Origin: a virus
Strand: one strand, 5' to 3'
DNA: 64,000 bases
IMG/VR virus record: IMGVR_UViG_3300045974_000100
Location: 1-64,000 of that record
Part shown: piece after piece, positions 54,301 to 63,633 of the stretch
Numbering within the stretch: the first letter of the stretch is position 1
Layout of the letters: every line of letters starts with the position of its first letter
The notes under the pieces: generated by a model
The model's database searches: none
What the model was told of the DNA's origin: nothing
The model's input: only the letters and a program-made list of their open reading frames with translations
Position numbers and translations under genes: made by a program

Positions 54301-56243
54301 CAGAGATGTACGGCCAGGATCGGATGGCTGTCCTGAATGGCTCTGGGTATGTTCCTGGCGCCCGGTCGTTCTCCCAGACGGGGTCGGCTTCGCAGCAGCG
54401 TGGCGCGGGTATCTACTCACAGAACCAGAAGTACGGGTTCGACGCGAAGATCAGCAAGTACGTTGAGGAACTCATGCTTCACCCGGACAACGCGGGTGCG
54501 GCCTATGGTGCGTCAACGTCCCAGGCCAAGCAGTTGTACAAGGCCGCTCCCACCGGCGGCACCAACGGCGCGATCGCCATGCTGTTGAACCAGACCCCGC
54601 AGTCCTCACCGTTGTATGGGGTTCTTCAGCAGGCCGCGTCGACGACGCAAGCGGTGCAGTCCACGAACCTCACAGCGTTGCCGACCCAGCAGTGGAAGTC
54701 AGCGATCAGCGCTTGGCATGGGGACACGCAGCAGCTAGCGAAGAACCCGGCCATGTCGGACCAGGGCGCGTTGGCATTGTTCGGTGCCGACAAGCAGGCC
54801 CAACAGCAGGCATTGCAGTCCTATTTGGGGTTCGCACAGCAGTGGTTGGCGGCTGAGGACCAAACCCATGTGGCGCTCGAGCGAGCCAATGAGGGTTACC
54901 ACATCAACGTGAAACGGTCGACGGATGCGTTCAACCGCAACCAGTTGGTCAACCAGCAGGCGTTCAACCGGTCGCTGCAACGGCAGGCGAAGGCGGCAGC
55001 GTTGGCGTTGGCTGAACCGTACACACGCATGCAGGCCGGGTTCGTCTCTGATGCGTCCGGTGCGATCCAGAACGTGAACGACAAGTCGAAGACGTACATG
55101 AACCAACTGGACCAGGTGAAGCAGCTCAAGAAGATGGGGCTGACGCAGAACGCAGTAGACCAGTTCTCGTTGGGCACTCAGGGCAACTGGCAGCAAACGT
55201 CGCAGGTGTTCAACGATCTGTCGCAGAACAAGAACTTCATTGCGCAGATGAACAAGGCCGCTCAGGCCGCTTTGGCTGCTGGTCACGCTGCGGTGGCGGA
55301 CAAGTCGAATGTTGCGGTGCAGCAGGCCACCCAGGACTACAAGATTTCGGTGGCGAACCAGCGCAAGGAGTTCAACATCGGTCTGGGGAACATGCGTCAG
55401 GATCTGGGGTTGCAGCAGCGGTACGCGTTGCAGGATCTGGCTCGTGCCGGCACCGAGTACGGGAACTCAGCCGCGGACATCAACAAGAAGTTCATCGCGA
55501 AGATCAGTGACCTGCCTGGGTATGCGAAGGCGAAGATGGGGCCGAACATCATTGGCCTGGTCAAGGACATGAAGGCGTCGTTTAAGTCGGCGTGGGCTGA
55601 CCAGTTCCGCGGCTTGCCGAACCCGTTGGATGGTGGCTCGTCGACGACTGGTGCGGTGGATGCGAACGGTGTGGCCACGGCGTGGAAGTCGATCGCTGGT
55701 GCCCGTGTGGACAGTGTGGGGACGCACAGCATCACGATCCACAAGAACGGCACGATCATGACGATCACTGGCCTGTCGACGATCCCGGCGGGTATCACCA
55801 AGGACAGCGTCATCAACGTGGGTGAAGTGTTGGGTACGTCCACGAAGTCGGCGTTGAAGGTGTCGGTGAAGCACACGGCCACCTCACAGCCCGCTTCCAC
55901 GTATGCGCCGCCTACGGCTCTTGGTGGTGTGACGATGATGCCGCAGATCCGTACGGTCGGTGAGGCTGATCCGGAGGCGATCATCCCGTTGAACCGTCGA
56001 GGCACGTCAGTCATTGCGGCGGCCATGAAGGACTACATGACGTTCAACGATTTGAAGTCGAACCAGACGGCAGGACATTCGATCGTTGTCCACAACACGT
56101 ACAACTACGACCACTCGACGGCGATCAATGGTCCGATCAGTGTCGTGTCGCAGGACCCGATGGACATGATGAAGAAGATGCAGGCCAAGAAGCAGTTGAC
56201 GGCGCTCACAAGCAAGCGAGGTGCGATGAGCAGTGGTGGATAA
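51348..56243 (+). CDS. Tape measure protein
   Basis: 1631 aa, A/G/Q-rich helical; N-terminal TP901-like core; C-terminal GEADPEAIIPL. Confidence 0.93.
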   Translation: MFDQDVTTTFNADMSGYSASLHQAIALSNQYADSADTMLGSLGKLNIASSLLIKSFAGLTQSNKMATSQAAAYQQMLEGVSATALAAGQSITGVQNATLKLARSYPIGMGQAVAQTKQLQQSGVVTAKAIQQLGVEFTKLGAATGTYGPALGDSFLQLTRTMGNSINQVGKLGDSLTSVTAKYGASAASVVQFSKAIAPVASIAGMTQTQVMGISTAFSRLGDDGYRAANAFNKIVLDMTRSITYGTPEVKSYASALNMTTDQMTRLFKTDPSAFIVKFTNTINTQGVKSIKTLDQLGFDGLNTFKAIQTLAKSGDLQAVINTSVSSFGNGSTNKAAGEAMGGVNDKLSKLQENMSQTVAATGKPFLGYMGSVLDVANSLSEAVNKIATSPLAQTLQTWGAGFKFVATAAMHLVTAMTLIGMGRGIGMKIGASGMAANFMSGFRNPELARSGGMVSGMGGIAAMPLMAYRNAGGGPGVFRMGGRMAMNTSSMLMMANANMINGGWGKGSVVGAQRMRAAEDVAHYQQTGMWPVRQTAANPVLTPYAPGMAPAEGEIIGGQKVTKWQAAELRLRQQGVVAKEGFMGEHSVRNFGRAFAYQGAATGMAGARIAGSGLKGIGMAAGMLTGLPLPAVGAVAGIGAAAYVGDKLYRDAQQKAADIRSIATAQTVNTAFNNFAEKAGTATRSLTSFSTIVTESTMKLANQSTTWSQAGKLSAAQLSSAKQPSYKASYTTPKGVYGSTDVATWMGLMLGPNPTAPEVSKVGQDIAARTGQGPDVAQAALAKLTGQGTGYRGVDLGSMSGTIGRLEGNQGLSTKFYKQVGEYGRNAQAQAQQTYGDKASSGVGFSQGAQLLKSIVAAERAGKLGINSRKQGLAQVAAFMGLDKTGQQQLQDAYQESRANLVVGQESKYNFSLGNVRSGLSGTSRSTFDANKGYTSQGGYAANPASFAELTSDAKTAMSTVVNFANVFGKQGAKVSNAMGAIASEMYGQDRMAVLNGSGYVPGARSFSQTGSASQQRGAGIYSQNQKYGFDAKISKYVEELMLHPDNAGAAYGASTSQAKQLYKAAPTGGTNGAIAMLLNQTPQSSPLYGVLQQAASTTQAVQSTNLTALPTQQWKSAISAWHGDTQQLAKNPAMSDQGALALFGADKQAQQQALQSYLGFAQQWLAAEDQTHVALERANEGYHINVKRSTDAFNRNQLVNQQAFNRSLQRQAKAAALALAEPYTRMQAGFVSDASGAIQNVNDKSKTYMNQLDQVKQLKKMGLTQNAVDQFSLGTQGNWQQTSQVFNDLSQNKNFIAQMNKAAQAALAAGHAAVADKSNVAVQQATQDYKISVANQRKEFNIGLGNMRQDLGLQQRYALQDLARAGTEYGNSAADINKKFIAKISDLPGYAKAKMGPNIIGLVKDMKASFKSAWADQFRGLPNPLDGGSSTTGAVDANGVATAWKSIAGARVDSVGTHSITIHKNGTIMTITGLSTIPAGITKDSVINVGEVLGTSTKSALKVSVKHTATSQPASTYAPPTALGGVTMMPQIRTVGEADPEAIIPLNRRGTSVIAAAMKDYMTFNDLKSNQTAGHSIVVHNTYNYDHSTAINGPISVVSQDPMDMMKKMQAKKQLTALTSKRGAMSSGG

Positions 56244-56709
56244 CCTCACGTTGTCGTGTCGCATTTCCACGGCCCCTGGCACGTATGGGACGCCGATCGC
56301 TGGCATCTGGAACTACTCGTCATGGCTGCAACTCAATGACCGGATCCACTACACGGTGGAGAAGGAGTCGTTCGGGGACACGGCGGTGACGCACCAGAAG
56401 CAGGAGGTGACGTCGCCGTTCTTTGAGGGGTCGTTTACGGCGTTCAGCAAGCGGGCCAACATCCAGGTGCCGTTGAACGTGTATGTCAACGCCGCCACTC
56501 CTGCTGCGCTGAACACGTATCTTGATGCGTTGACGAACGCCTGCGACCAGCCGAACTTCTCGGTGGAGTTCCAGGACAGCGACAGTGACGAGTATTGGGA
56601 CTGCACGGCCAGTGATTACACGGTGTCGGCTCCGGTGGAGTTGCGGCATGCCCGGATGGCGTTGGTGAAGATCTCGCTGGTGCGGTTGCCCGGCGTGCGT
56701 CGCGTTTAG
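56233..56709 (+). CDS. Distal tail (Dit-like) protein
   Basis: Position directly after the TMP. Confidence 0.65.
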   Translation: MVDNLTLSCRISTAPGTYGTPIAGIWNYSSWLQLNDRIHYTVEKESFGDTAVTHQKQEVTSPFFEGSFTAFSKRANIQVPLNVYVNAATPAALNTYLDALTNACDQPNFSVEFQDSDSDEYWDCTASDYTVSAPVELRHARMALVKISLVRLPGVRRV

Positions 56710-56717
56710 GAGACCTG

Positions 56718-57131
56718 ATGTCTGCGTTCACTCCGTCCGGGTCGAAGGACCTGCTCACGGCCTATTTCAAGCCGTCGACTCCGGTGAACATGTGGTTGAC
56801 GTTGTGCACGTATGTGCCCATCCCGCAGGACACCGGTGCGACGTTGTTGGAGCCGAAGTCTGCGAACGGGTTCGCTCGGGTGGCGTTGAACTTGGCGACG
56901 GCGAACTGGACGGTGGACTCCTCTGGCATGTTCGTCTCGAACACGAGCCTGATCTCGTTCGCCACCCCATCAGCCGCGTGGGGCCGTATCACCGGGTGGG
57001 CGCTTGTGGACAACGCCACCATCGGTGCCGGCAACGTGAAGGCCGCCGGTGAACTGATGCCTGCGCAGTGGATCAACGCCACCGACGTCGTGCAGATCAA
57101 GGCTGGCGTCCTTCGGGTCATGGTGTTGTAG
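56718..57131 (+). CDS. Small minor tail protein (paralog 2)
   Basis: WLTLCT..P...G....EP....FARV...W...SN...ISF..PSAAWG.ITGWALVD. Confidence 0.7.
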   Translation: MSAFTPSGSKDLLTAYFKPSTPVNMWLTLCTYVPIPQDTGATLLEPKSANGFARVALNLATANWTVDSSGMFVSNTSLISFATPSAAWGRITGWALVDNATIGAGNVKAAGELMPAQWINATDVVQIKAGVLRVMVL

Positions 57132-58256
57132 ATGAAGGATGCTGTTGATGGTGCTGCGGCGAAGGTTCCCACACCGATCACTGTGAATCTGACTCCTGGC
57201 CAGGTTGTTCTATGGACGGCTGGGAGCATGGCCCTCAAGCCAAGGCGACCGCTTGCGTCCATCCCGTCGATCTTGAACGAAACGGCGCTCACGTTCGGCC
57301 TCCCGGACTACATGCCAGTGAACGGTATGCCCACGCAGCCCCAAGACGGGGCCTTCCTGCGGGTCATCACGACGTTGAGCGCTTCTGCCACGCCCAGTAA
57401 CCCCAGTGGCTACACACCCGCTCCTGGCCTCGTCCCGGACCCTGGCTCGATCCAACTGGTCCACAACTTGCTGTTGCCGTGGGCGCACTGGCAGATGAAG
57501 GCCGCGAACTGGACAGATTCGACCCATACGCTCACCCCGGCAGGGCACAAGACGTCATTTGTCCCGAACCTCGTCGGCAACCGGACTGCGTCAGCGGCCT
57601 CCACCGGCTTCCAGTCCTACCCACGGATGGTGTTCGGGTGGGGTCGTGGCCGTGGCGGCAAGTTCACCAACGACTCGATCCTGTTCATCAACCCATACAC
57701 GTACTTGTCGACGGTGTCCCAGCCGTTCGTATCAGGGTCGATGACTGCGCTGATTTCGGTGTTCGCTGGGGAGAGTTACTCCGGCGACGTGCCCATCATG
57801 ATGATCAAAGACATCTCGGGCCGGTCCTGGACGGTGCGCCTGTCCTCAAGCAAGGTGTCCCTGGTGGACTCAGTGTGGTCCGGGGCCCGCATCGACATCC
57901 CCATCTCGCCGGCAGCTGCACAGGGACGCGACCCCATCATGGTGGGGCTGAGCGTGGGGTCGGAGATCTACTACTACGCCGACGAAACCAACCACCCGGC
58001 TTCTGTGACCAGGCCGATCGCATTGCTGTCGCTGTGGGACGGGAAGAACACCTACATGAACCGGATGCTTCTGGCCGGTGGCATCAGTGGTGTGAAGGAT
58101 CTGATCGTGGGCACCAACAGCGTCATCGACGATGACAACGGCCAGTTCTACGTCAACGATGTGATCGCCTATGACAAGTTCATGACGGGCGCGGAGTTGA
58201 AGATGCGCCTCCAACAGATCGGTGCGCTGAACGGGATGAACGCTAATGGGCAGTGA
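57132..58256 (+). CDS. Minor tail protein
   Basis: Position; LamG-like beta-rich C-terminus. Confidence 0.65.
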   Translation: MKDAVDGAAAKVPTPITVNLTPGQVVLWTAGSMALKPRRPLASIPSILNETALTFGLPDYMPVNGMPTQPQDGAFLRVITTLSASATPSNPSGYTPAPGLVPDPGSIQLVHNLLLPWAHWQMKAANWTDSTHTLTPAGHKTSFVPNLVGNRTASAASTGFQSYPRMVFGWGRGRGGKFTNDSILFINPYTYLSTVSQPFVSGSMTALISVFAGESYSGDVPIMMIKDISGRSWTVRLSSSKVSLVDSVWSGARIDIPISPAAAQGRDPIMVGLSVGSEIYYYADETNHPASVTRPIALLSLWDGKNTYMNRMLLAGGISGVKDLIVGTNSVIDDDNGQFYVNDVIAYDKFMTGAELKMRLQQIGALNGMNANGQ

Positions 58257-60597
58257 AGCCTCCAACACCACTCCCACCATTCACACCGCTGGTGGTCGGT
58301 TCCGCGTCATCATCGACCCACTGGTAGGGCCTGCTGTGGACGCCACGATCGTCCGGGAGTTACCCACACTTGTGGACAGCATGGGGACAGCCGACCCGTT
58401 CGGTCCCACATCGGTGCAGGTGTCGTTCCCCGGCGTCACCTTGTTGGACCAGATCGGTGGTGGGGATCTGTGGTGGATGGTGCCCGAAGCCAACATCGAC
58501 ATCGTGTGGGAGAACGCCGCCGGCACGGAGGTGTGGGTGTGGGAAGGCTTCATGGAGTCCATCAACTGGACGAAGTCCGGGGACTCGTTGGGGACGACGT
58601 GGACCTGCCAGGGTGCGCTGTTTGAAGCGGATCACATTCAGGCCAAGCCGGAGTTCCTGTACCAGCCGTTGCCGTATGAGCATGCGATCGGCCGGTTCTT
58701 CGAAGCGCGCGCTGATGGACGCTGCCAGCCGATGACTGTGGAGTGGCCTGCTGGGTGGGCGACGGTGTTCAACCGGCAACAGTCGCCGTACAACAACCCG
58801 ACCAGGCCGTGGTGGGTTCCCTCGAATGTGCTGCAGGGTGAGAAGTGGACAGGCCTGGTCACCAGGAACGCCGGCACCCACAACGGTGCGCTCACCGACT
58901 ACATCACGTCCCTATTGACGAACATGAAGACACCGCAGGGCCGGTGGACTCTTGCATTGGATCCGGGCCGGCAACCGGTGCTGCGCATGGTGCCGTATGT
59001 GCCGATCGCTGACTCGTCGACGTTGGTCATTGATGCCACCTGGCCCGGCGTCGACTTGGATCTCACTGCCGACCATTCTCAGACGGCTAACGTCATCTAC
59101 GGGTCAGTGACCTCGTTGCAGGGTGACTCGTATTCGGGTCTCGAGGTGTCCGCTGACGGCGCCACAACCCGCTGGGAGCCGTTCGCGTTCGAACCATCTG
59201 TGGAACCAGCGGACCCGAACCACAACATGTACTTCAACCCGGCTCGGATGCGCCGCGAGATCACCATCGACTTCCCGCAAGGGGTGTCCGTCAAGGACGC
59301 GAAGACGATCGCGCAACAGCACTTCAACGTCGTCGGGGACCCTGGTGTGTCCGGGACGATCACATTGCAGGGCGTCGAACCGTATGTCGGTATCCCCACG
59401 GTGACGTTGACCAGTGACCCGGTGGCCCACAACACGAACAAGATCCGCACCGTCACTCCGACGTCGACGACGTACCCGTGGCGTGCCATCCACGCGGGGC
59501 AGAAGATCCAGGTGCGTGGTCTGTTCGGACGCGAAGACGGGTTGACCTTCTACGTCACCGCCACCCAAGGCACCGCAGACAACATCCAACTCACTGTGGA
59601 CACGAAGTCCCGCGACCAGTTCACCCTGGCTGAGATCAAGGCCCGCACCCGTGACGCTTTGGTGCCGACACGTCAGTTGAAGGTCGCCGGTGAGGGTGGC
59701 ACGTTCGACCCGATCATCAAGGATCTGCTGTGGCCATGGTCCTACGCCGATGGTGCAGGGGTGGTGCCGTTGCAGGCCCGCAGTTTGTGGACGGACATCC
59801 CACCGGACATCCTCACTGACCTGGACTTCCCGTGGACGGCGTTGACGACGAAACGCTCCCCGAAGCATTGGCCTGACTCGTACATCAAGATCCCACCGAT
59901 GAGCACCAGCAAGGCCGACTACAACTGGTCGTTCGCCAAGCGCAAGATCGACGCTGATGGTGGCATCACGATCATCACGAACTGGCGTGTGCTCCTGTCG
60001 GCCAACGGCACGATCAGCCTGTCCCAGTTCGCCCTGTATGACGAGAACGGGAACTTGGTGCAACTGCCGTTCCATGTGTCGCTGTACTTGAACAACGCCA
60101 TGGTGCTGCCCAGCATGATGCCGCAGATCCCTTCGGACGGGTCAACGTATGCCTGGCCTGCCGGTCAGCACTACCCGTTCTTCCCTGGTGCGTTCGAAAT
60201 CAAGGACGCCAACGGGCGCGTGTTGCCGTCAGCGAAGCAGACCGTGGTGAACGCCCAAGTCCTCACCGGCTGGGGTAACGGCTATGAGATGGCCGGCTAT
60301 TGGCCTGGGCACCAGTCGGACACGTCCAGCATCGTCACTGGCATGCTCGTCGACGAGTCCACGTGGACGTATGACTTCAGCTTGCAGAACACCGCGCAGA
60401 AGGGTGTGGACGCCCAACGCACACCGACGCAGAACATGGGCATCTATAACTCGAAGACGAAGCGGTGGACGGCAAACACAAACACGGTCCGGGCTGCGGT
60501 GATGATCTACTGCGAGAACACGACCGGCAAGAACATCTACATGTTGGGGCGGCTGTTCCGCGACGCTCTGGGTGTGGCCACGATGCAGGGAGGGTGA
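58246..60597 (+). CDS. Minor tail / baseplate hub protein
   Basis: 783 aa; WVWEGFM; position. Confidence 0.7.
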   Translation: MGSEASNTTPTIHTAGGRFRVIIDPLVGPAVDATIVRELPTLVDSMGTADPFGPTSVQVSFPGVTLLDQIGGGDLWWMVPEANIDIVWENAAGTEVWVWEGFMESINWTKSGDSLGTTWTCQGALFEADHIQAKPEFLYQPLPYEHAIGRFFEARADGRCQPMTVEWPAGWATVFNRQQSPYNNPTRPWWVPSNVLQGEKWTGLVTRNAGTHNGALTDYITSLLTNMKTPQGRWTLALDPGRQPVLRMVPYVPIADSSTLVIDATWPGVDLDLTADHSQTANVIYGSVTSLQGDSYSGLEVSADGATTRWEPFAFEPSVEPADPNHNMYFNPARMRREITIDFPQGVSVKDAKTIAQQHFNVVGDPGVSGTITLQGVEPYVGIPTVTLTSDPVAHNTNKIRTVTPTSTTYPWRAIHAGQKIQVRGLFGREDGLTFYVTATQGTADNIQLTVDTKSRDQFTLAEIKARTRDALVPTRQLKVAGEGGTFDPIIKDLLWPWSYADGAGVVPLQARSLWTDIPPDILTDLDFPWTALTTKRSPKHWPDSYIKIPPMSTSKADYNWSFAKRKIDADGGITIITNWRVLLSANGTISLSQFALYDENGNLVQLPFHVSLYLNNAMVLPSMMPQIPSDGSTYAWPAGQHYPFFPGAFEIKDANGRVLPSAKQTVVNAQVLTGWGNGYEMAGYWPGHQSDTSSIVTGMLVDESTWTYDFSLQNTAQKGVDAQRTPTQNMGIYNSKTKRWTANTNTVRAAVMIYCENTTGKNIYMLGRLFRDALGVATMQGG

Positions 60598-60598
60598 C

Positions 60599-60709
60599 AT
60601 GCCATACGGACTGTTCAACTGGCACGAGTACGGCCGTCGCAACCAGGATGAGCGATTGACCCACGGCCCCGGTAAGCGCAAGCGCAAGCCACGGAAGAAG
60701 AACCGCTGA
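60599..60709 (+). CDS. 36-aa basic microprotein
   Basis: MPYGLFNWHEYGRRNQDERLTHGPGKRKRKPRKKNR; GGAGG SD; TGATG coupling to the next gene. Confidence 0.55.
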   Translation: MPYGLFNWHEYGRRNQDERLTHGPGKRKRKPRKKNR

Positions 60710-61074
60710 TGTCCAGTGCACTGTCGTCGCTGTACGTCGGAGGGCTGCTCACAACGATGTCCACCGACCTGGCCTACGTGTCGTTGTACACCGCCGAACC
60801 GGACGAAACCCTGCCCACAACGAACGAGTCGACGGCCGGACGCATCCCGGTGACGTGGGCACTGACAGGGTCACGGACGATCCAGAACTCCTCTGTGCTG
60901 CAGTGGGCGTCAGTCACACCGGGCACGTACTCCTATGTGGGCCTGTGGGCGGCCGCCAGCGGGTCTACAGCGAGTTTGTTCCGCGGTTGGCTACAACTCC
61001 CAGCCCCCATCACCGTCCCCATCACCACAGGCCTTGTGCTGGCAGCAAGCACGTTGACCATCGGCTTCCCGTAA
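60709..61074 (+). CDS. Small minor tail protein (paralog 3)
   Basis: YVSLYTAEP...NE...R.PVTW...N...W...YVGLWAAASG. Confidence 0.7.
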   Translation: MSSALSSLYVGGLLTTMSTDLAYVSLYTAEPDETLPTTNESTAGRIPVTWALTGSRTIQNSSVLQWASVTPGTYSYVGLWAAASGSTASLFRGWLQLPAPITVPITTGLVLAASTLTIGFP

Positions 61075-61083
61075 AGGCCCCAG

Positions 61084-61145
61084 AAACACAAAAAGACCCA
61101 TGTAGGGGGACCCCAGCCCGTAGGCCAGAGCCCCCCTCAGGGTCA
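61084..61145 (-). terminator. Intrinsic terminator at the convergence point
   Basis: GACCC/GGGGG...CCCCC/GGGTC stem followed by TTTTTGTGTTT on the minus strand. Confidence 0.7.
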
Positions 61146-61625
61146 CACCGGTGTGTCGAGGAACGCTTCGATCCGGTCATAAGACCAGGGATCGTTGTCG
61201 ACGCGCTTACCGCGTTCAGCTTCGAAGCGGCCCCACGACGGCGACCCCGGCACATACGGGTTATCCCCGGCCGGGTTGGGAGCGTTGGTGATGCGTTCAA
61301 TCTCAGCCTCAGTCTCAGCGATGAGGCGCAACTTTTCCGCGCGAGAGGTGTTGATCATCTCGGACGGGTCGTAGTTCACGGAGCCAGCCGGCTTCTTCTT
61401 CGGCGGCACTGTCTTGTAAGTGGTCACTGGTTCGGTCACTACGGGAACACCGTCCTTGAAGAAGACGGCGAGCCTGCGCACCGTGTCGACCGCTGCGAAC
61501 ACTGACTGGACCACTCCGGTGACCTGGTGGAACTGGTTCAGGCCCGGAATGAGTCCGGCAGGGTTCGCTTTCACGAACGAAACGAGGCTAGTGACAACCA
61601 CGAGTGAGACGACGATCCAAACCAT
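61143..61625 (-). CDS. Membrane-anchored hypothetical protein
   Basis: N-terminal hydrophobic segment; AGGA SD. Confidence 0.65.
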   Translation of the reverse strand: MVWIVVSLVVVTSLVSFVKANPAGLIPGLNQFHQVTGVVQSVFAAVDTVRRLAVFFKDGVPVVTEPVTTYKTVPPKKKPAGSVNYDPSEMINTSRAEKLRLIAETEAEIERITNAPNPAGDNPYVPGSPSWGRFEAERGKRVDNDPWSYDRIEAFLDTPV

Positions 61626-62545
61626 GTATGGTCCTGTCGAAACGTGGGCTTGTCATTGTGGTCGAACCATTTGTCGGCGCCCCACAGCCACCCGTCAAAG
61701 GTGAGCCGTGACGCGTCCGGCAGCATCGATTGCACCCCGATGGGGAGAGCCGTCATGTAGTTGACTGCCTTCTCCACGGCGTCTTGCACGTTCTCGTTGA
61801 ACACGGCTTCTAGAACATTGGCTTTGGTCTGGTGGAACACTGTGCTGTCCACGATGACGTCGGGGTTCTCAGTCATCCATTCAGTCATCATCCGACCGGC
61901 TTTGAACCCGTACCGTTCCACGAACGCCAACGGGCCCTCCTTGAGGGTCTCCTCGAACTCGTCCGACGGGTCGCCCACCTCACCGATCCAATGGCACTCC
62001 AGGCAACCCAACAGTTCCGAGATGAAGTACACGGCTGACAGGTGCTTGTTCCAATGGGCGATCAGTTCGGTATGGACAGCGTCGGACACCGGATGCACCG
62101 ACCAGGTCGGCAACAGTCCGCGCTCGCCTTCGCCAGCAGATTCCTCTGTGGCTTCGTCGGCGAACAGTTCCACGGGGAGGTTCCTGTTCCAACCATCGAA
62201 CAGGTCCACGGAGAAGTCGACGATCACGGTGGGGAAGGGAATGTCGAGTTCCAGGAAGCTGATGATCTCGACGATCTCCGGGGAGACCTTGAGGTCACGC
62301 ATCACTGGCGACTCCCACCACACCGGGACGGGAATGAACGACCCTGCGAGAGGTTGCGACCAATGTCGGGCGTCCTTGCAGAGCGTGTCCCAGTTCTGAA
62401 CCAAAGCAATCCCCAGACCCGAAGACCCAGGGGCGTGAAGCCGTGCAAACGATCCGGTGGCATCGATGGGTTCGATGAGCCGATAACCGGCGAGGGGAAG
62501 GCGGAAGGCCGGGAATCCGTACCCGACCTTCCCACCTTCAGCCAC
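61571..62545 (-). CDS. Hypothetical protein
   Basis: 324 aa ORF coupled to the upstream stop. Confidence 0.7.
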   Translation of the reverse strand: MAEGGKVGYGFPAFRLPLAGYRLIEPIDATGSFARLHAPGSSGLGIALVQNWDTLCKDARHWSQPLAGSFIPVPVWWESPVMRDLKVSPEIVEIISFLELDIPFPTVIVDFSVDLFDGWNRNLPVELFADEATEESAGEGERGLLPTWSVHPVSDAVHTELIAHWNKHLSAVYFISELLGCLECHWIGEVGDPSDEFEETLKEGPLAFVERYGFKAGRMMTEWMTENPDVIVDSTVFHQTKANVLEAVFNENVQDAVEKAVNYMTALPIGVQSMLPDASRLTFDGWLWGADKWFDHNDKPTFRQDHTWFGSSSHSWLSLASFRS

Positions 62546-63597
62546 TACTTGCGGGGGCGCTGCTTACCGCCCTGGTTACGGTGCTGGGGCTTTCCAGGCA
62601 ACTGGCGCTCCAACTCCTTGACCGCCGCGTCAGCATGCTCGTTGGCCACGATCTTCAAAGGGTGGTCATCTGGGAGAGCGTCGGGGTTAGCCAACTCTTC
62701 CTCAGTGAACGTGCCTTCGGGGACCTGAACCTCGACCAGGCCGTCTGCACGGACCATGGTGGTTCCCTCGATGTTCTCGGGGAGGTCAGCCGGAGCGGCC
62801 TCGGAGGCCGGCGCAGGCGCAATGACAGGCTCGACAACGCTGGACTCAACGGTCACGACAGACACTGGCTTCTTCGTGATCATGTTGTAGGCCATGATGC
62901 CCACGGTCGTCAGCAGGGAGATACCGACGATCGACACCAACGCGGGGAAGCCGCCGTAGACGATGGCGCCGAGCGCGTTGGACAGAACCGGAATGCCTTG
63001 CAGGAATGACGGGACGCCGAAGCTGAATCCGAAGAACGACGCCATGCGGATGGACAGCGCCAGTGACGCTGTTGCTGAGGACACCGAAGTGACAACCTCT
63101 GAGCGGATCGCCATTTGCAGGTGACCCTTGACGTACTCGAGCGCCGGGAAGGCGTTGGACAGGCCGAGTTGGGCCATGGCCAGGTAGTGGTTCACGGTGT
63201 CCCGGTACTTGATGACAGCCGGCTTGTTGCCGTTGGCGTCGGCCTTGGTGACCCAAGAGATGGGGTGCTCAACCAAGTGAAGCGCGGAGCCGATGACACG
63301 GTCGATGGTCCAGCCGATCGCGTAGACGATGCCGTTGAAGGCCTTGGTGGCCAACGCGACAATGGGTTCGGTCAGTTTCGCGAACCCTCCTCGAATCGAC
63401 AGCCAGCCGATCCCAGCCCATGTGGCTGCAGCTCCTGCCTGCGTCTTGACGACGTCGGGGATCCAGTCCGTGACCTTGCTGGTGGCGCTGAGCACGAATG
63501 ACTTCACGTACTCAAAGGCCATGTGCGCCTTGTCCAGGATGACCTGGAGGAAGCGGAGCCGTGATGTGGCTCGTGGGGCAACAACGGATGTTGTCAC
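62545..63597 (-). CDS. Multi-pass membrane protein
   Basis: GTG 63597 with AAGGAG SD; several hydrophobic helices; charged C-terminal tail. Confidence 0.75.
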   Translation of the reverse strand: MTTSVVAPRATSRLRFLQVILDKAHMAFEYVKSFVLSATSKVTDWIPDVVKTQAGAAATWAGIGWLSIRGGFAKLTEPIVALATKAFNGIVYAIGWTIDRVIGSALHLVEHPISWVTKADANGNKPAVIKYRDTVNHYLAMAQLGLSNAFPALEYVKGHLQMAIRSEVVTSVSSATASLALSIRMASFFGFSFGVPSFLQGIPVLSNALGAIVYGGFPALVSIVGISLLTTVGIMAYNMITKKPVSVVTVESSVVEPVIAPAPASEAAPADLPENIEGTTMVRADGLVEVQVPEGTFTEEELANPDALPDDHPLKIVANEHADAAVKELERQLPGKPQHRNQGGKQRPRK

Positions 63598-63615
63598 TTC
63601 GAACTCCTTGACTAG

Positions 63616-63633
63616 TGGTTTCACGTGAAACCA
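63616..63633. promoter_or_regulatory. parS: parS centromere-like site
   Basis: Perfect palindrome TGGTTTCACGTGAAACCA containing the consensus GTTTCACGTGAAAC. Confidence 0.75.
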
